From: Paragordius varius
Lineage: Eukaryota; Animalia; Nematomorpha
NCBI GenBank assembly: GCA_964247055.1
Contig: OZ176060.1
Coordinates: 620,001-684,000 of the forward strand
DNA length: 64,000 nucleotides
Reading direction: 5' to 3'
Numbering within the stretch: position 1 is the stretch's first letter; each line of letters starts with the position of its first letter. Below are positions 1 through 12,190 of the stretch, in pieces. Position numbers and translations under genes: made by a program. The notes under the pieces were generated by a model. That model saw nothing but the letters and a program-made list of their open reading frames with translations, had not been told where the DNA came from and did not search any database.

Positions 1-524
1 TTTGATTTGGTAGGAGAACAGACGGAACCTTTGGATCTTTAGCTGAAAAAACCTCCAAAAAGTATAAAAGATATTACTTCGGTATGTTCAAATGTTGATT
101 CCAATGACATAAGCTTGAATGATATTAATTTATTTAATGATATTAATAAAGCAAAACCTTTTGGGTCTATAAACTCTTCAAAATTGGGTAATATTATAGA
201 TTTATTCAATGTGATAAGATTTACATGTATAAAAGCGGCTTGGCCAAACATATTCGTTCGGTTCATGAACACATTAAATATCTGTGCAAAATTTGTTCAA
301 AAATGTTTTCTGCCAAAAGCAATCTTGCTAAGCACATTAAAATGATTCATGATAAAATTAAGCATGAATGTCCGATTTGCAAAAAAGAATTTACTCGAAG
401 AGGAGATGTTGCAACACGCATTCATGCTGTTCATGAGAAAATTAAACATGTATGTCTGAATTGCCATAAGGAATATACTGGAAAAGGCAATCTTACTAAG
501 CATATTAAAAATGTACATAAATGA
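1..524 (+). pseudogene. C2H2 zinc-finger paralog, copy 1 (5' part outside the window; 4 fingers)
   Basis: Colinear with the intact copy at 16407-17227. PLDLS is broken by TCG->TAG (gat ctt tag ctg), and the sequence before finger 1 is frameshifted. ORF 225-524 encodes CxxC-x12-HxxxxH fingers (HIRSVHE, HIKMIHD, HIKNVH). Confidence 0.85.
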
Positions 525-2695
525 ATATCTTTTGTTAATATCTTATCTTTTTATATATAAAATATTTTGAGATTCTACGTATTTTATGGCGACCTTTTAA
601 AAATGTATTAAAAACTACTTAATAATTAAATAAATATTTGGCTTTTTCTTGACTGGTCTGTTCTGGAGTTTAATTTTGTATCTTGAAAATCAATTACAGT
701 GGCCAATTAGCTATATAGTAGCGTATGATATAAAACAAATTTTGTCCACAAAATAAATAAGTTTAGTGTTTCATCTAGAATTGTATATTTCACACCGTTT
801 GTTGTTGTTTACTCACAGTTCCTGTATGGCCAATTGGCCTAAAATAATGTATTGGCCAACAATAAAATGGTCTAAGCTTTTTATTTAACTAATAAGTTCG
901 GTTAAATTAGCGAGTCACGCATAAAAATAAATTTAACAATGTTGCATAAGTAACAACACATATAAAATAATAATCGTAAACTACAGTTTGTCGTGAAATT
1001 CGGCTTGAACAAATAAAGGCTTATTTTTTTCAAAACAAAAAGCGTTATATATTGTCATATTTTACCCAAATGATAATATTCCAATTAATTTATATCCCGT
1101 TCCTAAAGTTTTCTTTAAATTAAATTGGGGTCTATAAAAAATGTCATGATAAATATATACATATTCTGATAGGAAAATGTATCAGGATTATCATAAGGCT
1201 TTTGGTTTTGGTCCTCAGGATAGATTTAACAAAAGATACTTTTACACTTTTGTTGAATGATTCATTACACTAGACAACAAATTTTATCTTTTTTTAACTG
1301 CCATTCTTGTAAATTTAAAATTTATTTCTGCATAATTATTATATCTGAAAAGAAAATTGGTCTAGCATGGAAGAATTTTTTTTTATTAGAGTTTATCGAT
1401 AATTTTTGACCCCGATTTAACATTAGACTCGAAATTTCGAAAATTTAAAGTTTTAGATATGAAGCCAAGTATTTTATATCATTCGAAAGAGCGCAAAAAA
1501 CTGCATCTTTTAAATGGTAGTAAGTCATTTAAATCAATCGGATGTAAAAGTTATTTGGATTTATATGGTCGACATTTTCAATCCTTAAATAAGTCAATAA
1601 TTTTCACAGACAAACTAATTTGAAAATCATATAAATTATTTTAATATAATTATTAGGGTTATATTAGTATTTAATTAAAAAAAATGTTTGAAAAAGCTTT
1701 TGGTTTGCTTTTTTAATGAAAATCTTTATTATCATAAATATTTTACCTAGTGGATACTAAAATGCATAGTTATAAGTGTAAATTTATAACATGATGGCTA
1801 TAAAAGATCAACCTTAAACTTTGTTTATCTTTAAAATTTCGAAATTATCAGCCTTGTAAAGAAAATAAATTAATATTGAGGAGATGGTAATTTTAATAAA
1901 ACAAAACTTAAAGGCTGTTTTGAGTGACATCAAAGCAATAATAAAATGTTTTAATCAAAAAAACTTTCTTGTGTTATCTATTTTGGACATTCATCACCAA
2001 CTAAACAAAGTTTGAGCTATTATCCATTAGTTTTAAAAAATATAATAATTTAAAAAAATGCTCTCGCTTCGCGCGTTTGTCGCTCTTTGTGTCCAATATT
2101 AACTGTCAATACATATTAGTATACATTTCATAGAGTTTTTAATACTCTTTCGAATGATATATTACAAATGGGCATTACTTGTATACTTTCAAAGAAAAAC
2201 ATTTTTTAGTAAAATTTTGATAAAGAGGGCGCATAATCTAAAAAATCAAATTATACAAAATTCTTCCAACGAGTTATAATTTTTATTTCAGATTTACTGT
2301 TAAAATGATATTAAATATCAAAAAATGCAAAAAACTCGAGTGGAGAAAAAATTTGTTGTCTAGTGTTATAAGCACAAATATTATTTATAGAAAAATACAG
2401 ATTATTTAACTAATGATATAGTATAAATTGTTTAATATTATTGGGTACTTACGTTTGCTATATGTACATTATCAAAGGACATTTTTAATTAAATTTTTGT
2501 TTAATAACCATAAATATATTTAGTACATTAAGTTAAGTTAGAAAATCATAAATTTTTTAGCGGAAAACGCCATCTTTATAGTATATATTAACACATATTA
2601 TGGAGATTATTTCTCGTAGCCTACCTTTGCAATTAGAAGTTATAGTACTTCCTATCAAGCAATAGGTGGCTTTGTGAAACGAAAATTTAAAGTGG

Positions 2696-2785
2696 ACAGT
2701 GTTTACCACGTGTCATAGTGTGATACGCGTTTCGTCCTTTTTGTGGACTCATCAGCCACACATAATGAGCACGGGTAAACACTGT
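2696..2785 (-). ncRNA. Type I hammerhead ribozyme, minimal palindromic stem III, cleavage triplet GUA
   Basis: Minus strand reads acagtgtttacc-cgtg-ctcat-tat-gtgtgg CTGATGA gtcc acaaaaa ggac GAAA cgcg TA tcacac-t-atga-cacg-t-ggtaaacactgt. It has the conserved core, a 4-bp stem II and an extended stem I. Confidence 0.88.
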
Positions 2786-3188
2786 CGTTAAAAGTTTGTA
2801 TATATACTGAGTATTTTAAGATTTTAAACCAATTATAGTTGGTGAAAGAGAAAACAGAGAACTTAAGCCCGGAGAGGGCAACCGATTGTACTTAGATTAA
2901 GCCAATTATCATATCTCCTTTTTATCCATTAGCCAGGGTGGGCTTATATAATTAGATATCTCCATAATATGTATTTAATATAAAGATGGCGTTTTCCGCT
3001 AAAAAAATTGTGATAGTCTAATTATATAAGCCCCATCCTGGCTAATGGATAAAAAGGAGATATGATAATTGGCTTAATCTAAGTACAATTGGTTGCCCTC
3101 TCTGGGCCTAAGTTCTCCGTTTTCTCTTTCACCAACTATAATTGGTTTAAAATCTTAAAATACTCAGTATATATACAAACTTTTAACG

Positions 3189-3280
3189 ACAGTGTTTACC
3201 CGTGCTCATTATGTGTGGCTGATGAGTCCACAACAAGGACGAAACGCGTCTCACACTATGAGACACGTGGTAAACGCTGT
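3189..3280 (+). ncRNA. Type I hammerhead ribozyme, minimal palindromic stem III, cleavage triplet GUC (predicted cut after 3250)
   Basis: CTGATGA at 3219-3225, stem II GTCC/GGAC, GAAA at 3241-3244, palindrome ACGCGT. Stem I pairs GTGTGG/TCACAC, CTCAT/ATGAG, CGTG/CACG and ACAGTGTTTACC/GGTAAACGCTGT. Confidence 0.9.
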
Positions 3281-3794
3281 CCCCTTTAAATATTCGTTTA
3301 TAAAGCCACCTATTGATTGATAGGAAGTACTATAACTTCTAATTGCAAAGGTAGGCTACGAGAAATAATCTCCATAATATGTTAAATATTTAAAATTACC
3401 TAGTTTGTTTTACACTTCCTTCATCATTAAAATATCCAATTAGAGGATGTTTTTCATTTTATTGGTTCACATATATGGAATAATTGCATATTTTGCAAAG
3501 TGCTTGATTGTTTTGTTTTTCGAAATAACTAGATTGCTCAAATGCTATTATAAGGAGTCATGTTTGACAAGTTTTAATGTTAAATAAGCATATTTAAATA
3601 TTTGATTTTTATTTTTTAAAAAATATATTAAAAAACAATATATTAAAAAACGATAAAATCTTTCTTTCTTCCAAAAAATTTTACAAGAGGATGGAGGGCC
3701 ATCAACGATCAATCTTATAATTTTTTTATTTTTTTTATACATGCTACGAATATTTATATTTTTATGAACTAAAATTTTAGACTTATTATAATCA

Positions 3795-5000
3795 GCCCGG
3801 GGAGGAGATAATGCATTTTGAATAGAGCTTATTAAAGAACAAATTCCTCCCAGTCGGAATTTTCGTGGGAGTCAAGAAGGTTATTAAAATTAGTGAAAGG
3901 AAAAGTATTTTTATTTAAAGCAGAGGATTTATTTAAAACTTTTATTCGGAGGTGGAAGTGCCTCATAAATACTCTCCTCAAGAATAGGAAAACGATTAGA
4001 TAAAGAGACTTCATTTTTAGAAAAGTAATTATAAATAATTTTTGTTTACCAAACTACTGGAATCCAGAATACTAGAATTTATATCCGTATTATTGCCTTC
4101 ATGTCCCTTACCAATGATGTTTGAGGTCGCACTCACTTTGGTAGGACAAGAATTAATTGGAGGGCTGGGTGGATCAACAAAATTTACTGAATGGGGAGAT
4201 GGCTCGACAACCTTAGGCTTATTAGACGGATTGAATCGGAGGTTTGACAAACTCAACGGTTTGCCGTGAGGATGAGGAGGTAGATTATAAAACATTTTAT
4301 GAGATAAGAGAGAGACATGCGCTTGGGAAACGACAAGTCACACTCATCACATGCGTGAGGCATTTGGACAATATGATATTTGAACGCAAAAATGCACACT
4401 TTCATATGTATACTTGGGTGAATAGATAAAACTTTGTTACAAGGTTTGCAAATATTAACTATTTTGATTAGTTCTTTATGGACCAGCTTAATATGACGTA
4501 GAAGAGACCTCTGGGCAGTCCAGGATTTACAACGAAATTGATGATTGCAAGATTCAAACGGACATAAAAAGTGATTCGGTAAAGGGAAATAGAAGGATAG
4601 AGTTTTGTCTTGCATGGTAGGTTGATGTGGCATCACTTTCAATAGGTCGCCATCATTATTAATTATCTTAAGCATTTTGTTGGCTGGATGGACAAAATCA
4701 AGGATGGTCTTGCGTTTAATGTTTGAATTGGGAGATTAGGCTTAATTGGTAGTTGAGGGCACGTTGACATAAATTTGGGATGAACGGATTGATTAGAATT
4801 GGTGTTCATGGAGAAAGAGAGCCAATATCGGTTGGAGTTGTGGACGGGTTGATACAGTATGAGGGATGGCTTTGAGAAATGACTGTAGTAACAGAGGTAT
4901 AACAGAGGGATGTCTTGCAGTATACTGGTTGATTATCATTATCACTTATTGTTAGGGGAAGACATGATTTGTGTTTGTTGGAGCTATAGATATAGTTGCT
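3795..5000 (-). mobile_element. 5' fragment of an RLE-type non-LTR retrotransposon (R2/NeSL/Utopia-like N-terminal zinc fingers), frameshifted
   Basis: GC-richer island. ORF 4253-4675 has FPLPNHFLCPFESC...W...SLLRHIKLVH, C-x2-C and ACDECDLSF. It is followed by a Pro/Ser-rich linker (4029-4295) and an F..LL....DWEEF segment (3832-4014), the usual N-terminal layout of such ORFs. No RT domain is seen. Confidence 0.65.
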
Positions 5001-5091
5001 TGAAATCATATCTAAAATAAAAAAAAACAAAATATGCTTTATAACATATGCTGTATTGCTAATTGTTCAACGATATATAATATGTATTGTG

Positions 5092-5346
5092 CAGAAAAAT
5101 CAAAATTATACGGACAAAACGCAATTTTTTTTTCAAAAGACAAAGCATACATTTTAAATTTATTTTATAAATAACATTAAATTAGAATCATAAAATATCT
5201 AATTGATTGTGTTACTAATTTTGTACAATTTGCAATGTAAAATATTAAGTAATAACCCAGAAAATCCAGATATAAAAATTATGGTTGTATTTAAGAAAAT
5301 AATTTCGTTATCTTTTTACGTTTTGTCCGTGTTTCAATGTATACTG
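5092..5346. mobile_element. Tc1/pogo-like MITE (family copy)
   Basis: Left end cagaaaaatcaaaattatacggacaaaacg and right end cgttttgtccgt...actg|ta. Same family as 26260-26555. Confidence 0.55.
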
Positions 5347-5639
5347 TAATTTTTTATCTACAAAAAAGGCCATAACTGAGTGGTCAAATAGCACTCCAAA
5401 TATTTTATTACCGATGCATTTTGCAATAAACGTCTTATAAAATATTATGAATCTCAATATCTTTTATTGAAAGCTCTAGAGACTTCATTTTAAAAATTTT
5501 CACTTCAATATATAAACTAAATATAAAATGTGAACCATTTCAGAAAATTTTAATTTTTAGATATGGGCACCGAAGTCACAAATTTTTCCGCTTTTCCGAC
5601 GCGATAAAAATTTTAAATATATGTTAAATTTTGGTACTT

Positions 5640-6130
5640 TTAAAATTTTTTAAAAATCTAATTTTTATCAAAAATTTGTTGAAGCGTACTTCCACTATTT
5701 TTGAGGTATGATGGGAACAGTATAAAAGTGACCAAAGATATTATAATAAAACTTCTACATAATTTAATGATGTAAAACATTTCTATTACCTTAGAACTTA
5801 GATTAAAAGATCTTTTAATTAAATTAAATATAAATTTTTACAATCCCAATAATTTAAAAGCAAACTAACTTTTCTAATTAAAGTTTTGAACTGTTTTAAA
5901 TATTTATTACTATTGAAATATATAGAAAAAGTTTTATTAATATATCTAAAGCGTTTTTATATAAGAAATGTAGAAATTTCATAACACATTACTTTTCTAA
6001 TATACAACACGAAATATTTTACTTACTAATTTTTAACATTAAAAACTATATCGTTTTTATTCGCGTATCAAAACTTATTAGACTTTAATTTTGCTTGCTA
6101 CAAACCAATTAGTTTAAAAATAAATGTAAT
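5640..6130 (-). mobile_element. Decayed LINE-like relic within a segmentally duplicated block
   Basis: Homologous to 13700-13900, 18650-18950 and 22640-22960 (shared gcgtacttccactatttttgaggtatga and tatatcgtttttattcgcgtatcaaaa). Confidence 0.35.
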
Positions 6131-6234
6131 TTCTTAAAATAAACATTTTATTTATAAAAAGGCGGTTTTATTATGAAATCTTAAATTTATAACAAAATAT
6201 TACATTAATCAATTTATTGAATTAATAGTGCAAA

Positions 6235-6521
6235 CAGGGGGGTAAATGGCTTTGCAGGCCGCATTTTTACATAAATTTCGACGAGCCGCATTCGAAATAT
6301 ATATGCGGGCATTCATAAATAATTTATTAAATTTCAAACATAAGCAAAGAAAACGGAAGGCAACTTCTCGTTCTTGCTATTTGGATAGATAGTATTTTGA
6401 AAAAAATATTGAAGGAATATAAATTACTAAGATTGTGAGAACATGTTTTTGCAAATTATAAATTCTAAGTTTTTTGCGGGCCGCACAGATATGTCAGAGG
6501 GCCAAACACGGCCCACCTCTG
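6235..6521. mobile_element. Degenerate hAT-like MITE
   Basis: Ends CAGGGG...CCTCTG with subterminal GGCCGCA / GCGGGCCGCA / CGGCCC motifs typical of hAT-derived MITEs. A decayed paralog lies at about 19700-19975. Confidence 0.45.
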
Positions 6522-7029
6522 GTGTAAATATCCTTTTTTTCTATTCAATTTCAGGCTTTTTTGTCATAATTAATTAACTGCTTTTCGAAAGGTATGATAT
6601 CAGAATTTTTAATGATGCAAAACATATTTATTATTGATTGAATATAATTAAAATATTATTTTTAATGAAATATAATATACTTATAATATTTACAATGTGA
6701 TAATTTTTATCAACATGTATTGAATAACCTATCAAACTCGTATACAAATTATTGTTAAGTGTCTGAATAATAAAAAACTGTTTTGTAATGGTTAATTTAT
6801 GCTATCCAATAAAATTTTAACATTCATTAAAAACTTATAATTTATATTATATATAATATAGTAATAATTTTAATTATACGGACAAAACACAAAAATATTG
6901 AACAATATTATTTAAATTGCAAAGTATTTAAATAGAATAAAGAAAGCTTCAAATAACTTTTGATAAAAAAATTAACTTTTGGAACAGAGTATGAATATTA
7001 TCGAAATAATTATTTTAATGCTATAATCA

Positions 7030-7400
7030 ACACTGAGATGTCCAACTTTAATAGCTTCGAGTGCCGCATTAGAAACAATATATATATGGGATAACAGGAA
7101 TATTTTATTAGGTTTCAAACACTAGACTCTAAAAGCAAAAGCACAATATAATGATTTTTCTAGTTAGCTACCAATAGGTAGACTTGTTCTCATTTCTATT
7201 GGGATTTTCTAAGTGTTTTCTGCAAATTGTGAATTCCTTTATCATTCGCATGTGGGAACAGTCCTGATCTCAATTACATTAATTATTTTTGGCAAATATC
7301 GGCGGACGAACATGTATTAAAGGACAAACTTGAAATATTTAAGACCTACAGAAAAGAAACATTCTTAAAGTGGAAGGTATATTTAGAATTAGTGTCAATT
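7030..7400 (+). mobile_element. Tc1/mariner transposase relic (C-terminal DDE region)
   Basis: The frame from 7242 reads SFACGNSPDLNYINYFWQ, which matches the spacing of the Tc1 motif SPDLNPIENLW. It is interrupted by stops upstream. Confidence 0.45.
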
Positions 7401-9154
7401 TAAAATGAGTTTAGTTAAATATTTTAAATAGAGAAAAATTTATATTTTTATTTATGAGAAAAGTTAAGAGTCGCAGCACAAATAGCTTAAGCATACGGGG
7501 CGTAAGCTTATCGGGAATTAATTAAGAGCTTATTTTATGAAAAAGTAACATATTTTTGACACATTTTTTTCAAGTAACAAACAAATGAACGAATATAAAA
7601 CCATTTAGCTTTTTTTGATAGCAGGACCGTAATTTTTTCATTAGTTAGATGGCATAACTGATAACATAATATATATCTTTTTACAAGTTTTTGGAATAAA
7701 CTTAACTTAAACTTAAATAAATATTTAATCTTTATAAAGTGGTAATAGGTATTTTCTTCTACGAAAGTAATAAATATTTAATACAAATATACAAAATATC
7801 ATCCTGTCACAATGCTATTAAAGTCTCCTAAACATCTTAATATTTTACTATTAATAAAAAATCACCAAAATTTTACTTTAAATATTCAAAAACCTACAAC
7901 CCTGTTAGGACTTTAGCGGGGTACCCCCCTCCCTATATTATGAGACTGAATAAAAGCTTATTCTCTATTTTTGCCTTCAGGTAATTATAAAGAGAAATCA
8001 TAAACATATAAAGACAAATATATTTTCCTAAAAGACAAACATACTTTTTTAAATTTTGTTTCGAATACTCTTTATCGTTTTTGGCTACAAAATAGGGTTG
8101 TTAATCGGTGGGAAATGTTATCATTAATATGGATGTCAATAGAAAAAAATGGTTGTTTTTATATGTTTACATTTTGTCCTTATTTCATTATTTACTCTAT
8201 GTGAAAACTATTTAAATGATATTTTATATCATTTTTCCGTATAAATGTTAGATTGCTTGATTTCCATTCATGTTACAATAATCAAAATTTTATAAATCCA
8301 TATTTTCTCTTTGGTACTCTGAAGAACTAAATGATGGTGACATCTTTAACCTTAGATTTGTAAATATTTTAAGGAATTTATATTAGAATACTTAAAGTGG
8401 TTAAGACGAAAAGACTTATTATTATTATCATTATCGCTAAAGTTTCTATCAAAACATATCTTTTACGAAAATGAAGGTTAAAATTTTGTCTTTTTAAAAT
8501 CAGTAGAAAATAATTAACATTTTAGTTTCCTTTTCTATTTTAAACACCAGGTCTAAAAACAACAACATGTCCTAAAATAAAAAAAGTAAAAAAACGCAAT
8601 ATAAAGAAAAAATATATATAATTTATTTAATTACAATTATTAAATATATAGTTTATTATTTCACCAATATATATTAAAATTTAAACAAAATTTAGGTTAT
8701 TTACCCATTGTAATACATCAACATTTTATTACGAAATTAATGCCTATATTATTTTATATAAACGTTAACCATCAAATATAATAAAACAACTTTATGCAAT
8801 TGAACGCTAACAAATTCTTTTATTTATATCAAAATATAGTTTCTATTTAATTTTGATTTATAATTTTTAATGATTGATTGTGGGACTTTTGTTTCTTTTG
8901 AATCGATGAAAAAAATGGTATAAATATTATAAATATAAAATGTAACTCAGCTACCTTATTTATTGTTAGTAAAATCCTGATTTATCCAAAAAATATTATT
9001 TAATTTTTGGCTATCAACAGGCCTAATATAATAATAAAAATTTTAAAATAACCTTAATAATGTAAAAAAAAACTTTTTTTGCAAAGGAAAATATTAAAAA
9101 TTTCTTATAATGGTTAATTATCTAATAAAACATTATTTTATGGTGTCATTATTG

Positions 9155-9218
9155 TGAATTTCTCGGCCTCTAGGCTAAGATCAAAGTATCGTCCCTTCTT
9201 ACCTTAATATTCTTAATA
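9155..9218 (+). pseudogene. U2 snRNA 5' fragment
   Basis: TTCTCGGCCTCTAGGCTAAGATCAAAGT (9160-9187) versus U2 TTCTCGGCCTTTTGGCTAAGATCAA(A)GT. Weaker similarity continues (ATC..GT..TTCTTACCTTAATAT), but the GTAGT branch-pairing segment is absent. Confidence 0.65.
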
Positions 9219-9629
9219 AAATTAATTGAACTTGATCTTATGCCATTTTTATACTTTTGCAAATGTAAACTGCCCCCTTTTAATTCATTATCTTTTGCAC
9301 TTTTTGTACCTTGTTTTTTAAATTTTGTGCCATTTAAATCTCCCCCTTTGGTAATGTTCACGTTCCTCATTGTTTACCCTCTTTTTGAAATTTCGCCCTT
9401 TTTCTAACCTCTTTTTCTAACTGTTTTTATATACTTCCCCCCTTTTTTACTCCTTTTACTTTAAATTCGCGCTGTCACCATTTTTTAAACGGTTTTTGTT
9501 TACTTTCTACATCTTTGTTAATTGTTAGTGAAATCGCGCCTCTCTTCATCTTTTAATCGCATGTTGTATTTTAATTTTTGGGTCTTTGAATTCCCGGCCC
9601 TTTTTGGTTATATATTAATTATCCGGGTG

Positions 9630-10101
9630 ATTATAAAAAAATGCAAAACCTATTGAGTCCTTAAACTCTTCAAAATTGAAAAATTGTTATCGATGTATTC
9701 AATGTGATAAAATATATAAGGATAAAAGCCGCTTGGCCACACATATTCGTTCTGTTCATGAGTAAACTAAATATCCTTGCAAAATTTGTTGTAAGATATT
9801 TTCTTGCAAAAGCTTTCTTACTCAGCACATTGATTCAGTTCATAAGAAAATAAAACACGAATGTCCGATGTGTAAAACTAATTTTTCTCAAAAAGGCAAT
9901 CTTGCAACACATATTCAATCCGTTCATGAATAAGTTAAGTATCCTTGTCCGATTTGTAAAAAAGATTTTTCTAGAAAATACCATCTTGCTAAGCACATTA
10001 AATCGGTTCATGAGAAAATTAAACATAAATGTCCGATTTGCCTAAAGGAATATACTGGAAAAGGCAATCTTACCAAGCATAATAAAAATATACATAATTG
10101 A
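9630..10101 (+). pseudogene. C2H2 zinc-finger paralog, copy 2 (5'-truncated; 5 fingers; two in-frame TAA)
   Basis: The frame from 9661 reads LNSSKLKNCYRCIQCDKIYKDKSRLATHIRSVHE*TKYPCKICCK...HKNIHN*. Stops are at 9763-9765 and 9931-9933. Confidence 0.88.
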
Positions 10102-11519
10102 ACACTTTATAATACACATGAATAATATATTGAATGTAGCATTAAATATATTTTGTTCAAATATCCATTTCGCAAATGATATATATTGAGACTCATATTT
10201 TTTATGAAGTTTTGCAAACATCTTTAATAAAATATTTGAAGTTTGACCGTTCTGTTCTAAAGTTTTATTTTGTAGATATTAAATAAATTAGAGTAAAAAT
10301 CAAAATTAAACCAAACGTAAAAATAAAAACACAAATATTTTTTCTTAAATACAACCATAATATATGTATCTTGATTTTTTTAATTATATGTTTTACAATG
10401 CATATTGTAAAATAGAGTTAATTTGGTTACATAATTAATTTTCTAATTAAATAATTTTTAGGGGAAAATGGATTTTAAAATATATAGTAGTTTTATGTTA
10501 GATTTATTTATCCGATTTCATAAATAGATGGCAAATATGTTGAAAATCTATCTCTTTAAAGTCTGTCAATTTTAAGACATTAATTGAAAATTTTTAACAC
10601 GAAAATTGTCGGATTAATATCGCTCTCGAATTATTGAAAAAAAATGTCTTATAAAAACATTAATTTATAAAATTATAGGTAAGTCTCCTTTTATCATTTG
10701 TGAAGTCCTCATACTTCAACAAATTATTTTTAATTTTTGGCTAACATTACCCTTAATATAATGTAAAAGAACACTTTTAAATAGAAGGTAAATAATGTTA
10801 TTGATTGAAGAAGGAAAATATATTAAATATAATGTAATTGGTTAATATTAATTATAAAGTTTATATCAGGTATGCATTGCAGATTATTCACTGCTATATA
10901 TATAGATTGGTTGTAAAAAAAAATTTTAACAAAAAATTTTATTTCATGAGATAGCTTATGACCAGCAGATTCATTTGCCAAATTTTTATTTGTTGACAAC
11001 CTAATTTTTGAAACATTGAGAGAAAATCGAATCGGGAAAAAAGTGAAAATTAAGGATAATTAAGGATAATTCAAAAAATAATGATAAAATTTTAAAAATT
11101 ATGGTTTATTATCATTTTAGGATTAATAGTAATGTTAGGTTACTGAGAATAACACACATGAAATCTGGAAATGTTTTTTTTATAAAATATTTCCTAAAAA
11201 TGACACACAATCATATGAAAATTATTTATAATAAATTATAAACCAATTTAATATTTTTCTTGAGAAAATATATGTTAATATTTACAAGATTTTCCAGTTT
11301 AATAAATTTTAGAATTTATAAAAATTTATCTATTTTTATTTTTACATCTAAATTTGAGTTTTATATTGTTTTTTTAAATATTCAATAGTGCATTGTGGCT
11401 TTTATAACTGACTAATCCGTAAACTTATAATATTTATTATTAAAATTATAGAACTGAATATTAATTAATTAATATTAAATTTTTAGATTTTACAACTGTT
11501 CATTAAAGCTTTTTATTTT

Positions 11520-11700
11520 GCAGACGATATTTGGGGGGGCATTTCATAATGAAGCGTAGTAAATAGACTAGTTTTAGGAGTTATTGTGCTTAATATAGTT
11601 ATTAATCTCTCTAGGTATTAGATAAAAAAATAGAATTCACAGTAAACCTCTAGAAATTCAGATAGCTCCAAAACACAATACAAACAGTTGATATTAAATA
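11520..11700 (+). mobile_element. Tc1 transposase relic
   Basis: DDIWGGIS (compare VMVWGGIS) and QIAPKHN (compare QDNAPKH) occur in the expected order, with stops between them. Confidence 0.35.
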
Positions 11701-11959
11701 TTGGTAAATTGTAATTTAGAAACTATCGAGGTTAATTTATATTTTTCGATTTGCGTGTATTCGCAGTTTACAAAATTAAAGAAAAAAATGGTGGCGAAAA
11801 AGTTTGACATGTGTGTTTATTTTATAATTATAGATACTTTAAAATTTCATCATAAATTTTTACTATTAGCCCAGTGAAAATATTACTTAGGTACAATATT
11901 AAAGGGAATGGAGTATGAAATTATCCCAAAAGTTAATGATATATTAATAAAATATTTAT

Positions 11960-12190
11960 TTATAGCCAAAAATTAAAAATATCTGGGAGACTTTAATAGC
12001 CACATTGGCGATAGTGTGGTATTATATATTTGAAAAATATTTAATGGTTATACACTTTATGGATATAAGAAAGTTGCTATTTTTAACCCTGTAAAGAATA
12101 AACTTTTAGTTAAATCATTTAAATTATAATCAGTCAAGGGTTTGAACTAAATAGTTAATCCATTTATAAATACACCATCTATATAATTAC
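11960..12190 (+). mobile_element. APE-endonuclease (LINE ORF2) relic
   Basis: tat ctg gga gac ttt aat agc cac att ggc gat = YLGDFNSHIGD, matching the GDFNAHIG motif. Confidence 0.4.

Larger units (their letters stand above)
2551..3382. mobile_element. Penelope-like/retrozyme-like non-autonomous repeat as an inverted pair (about 365-bp arms) with a permuted junction
   Basis: 2593-2956 is the reverse complement of 3017-3382 with few mismatches. The 60-bp spacer 2957-3016 is the reverse complement of about 2551-2612. Each arm carries a hammerhead ribozyme. No RT or GIY-YIG ORF is present. Confidence 0.7.

Noticed and set aside
39-518. Short ORFs overlapping or antisense to the ZNF copies (also 9835-10026, 16319-16691, 21722-22208)
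   Set aside because: They are shadow frames of the zinc-finger sequence.
1400-2360. Possible Helitron/DINE or MITE remnants (cgcttcgcgcg hairpin; atatcattcgaaagag / ctctttcgaatgatat)
   Set aside because: The matches are short, with no definable termini or target duplication by eye.
3089-3289. 66-aa ORF across the hammerhead
   Set aside because: It has no recognisable domain, and the conserved signal is RNA structure.
9170-9370. 66-aa minus-strand ORF (KGGDLNG...)
   Set aside because: It is lysine-rich because of strand skew, and no domain was recognised.
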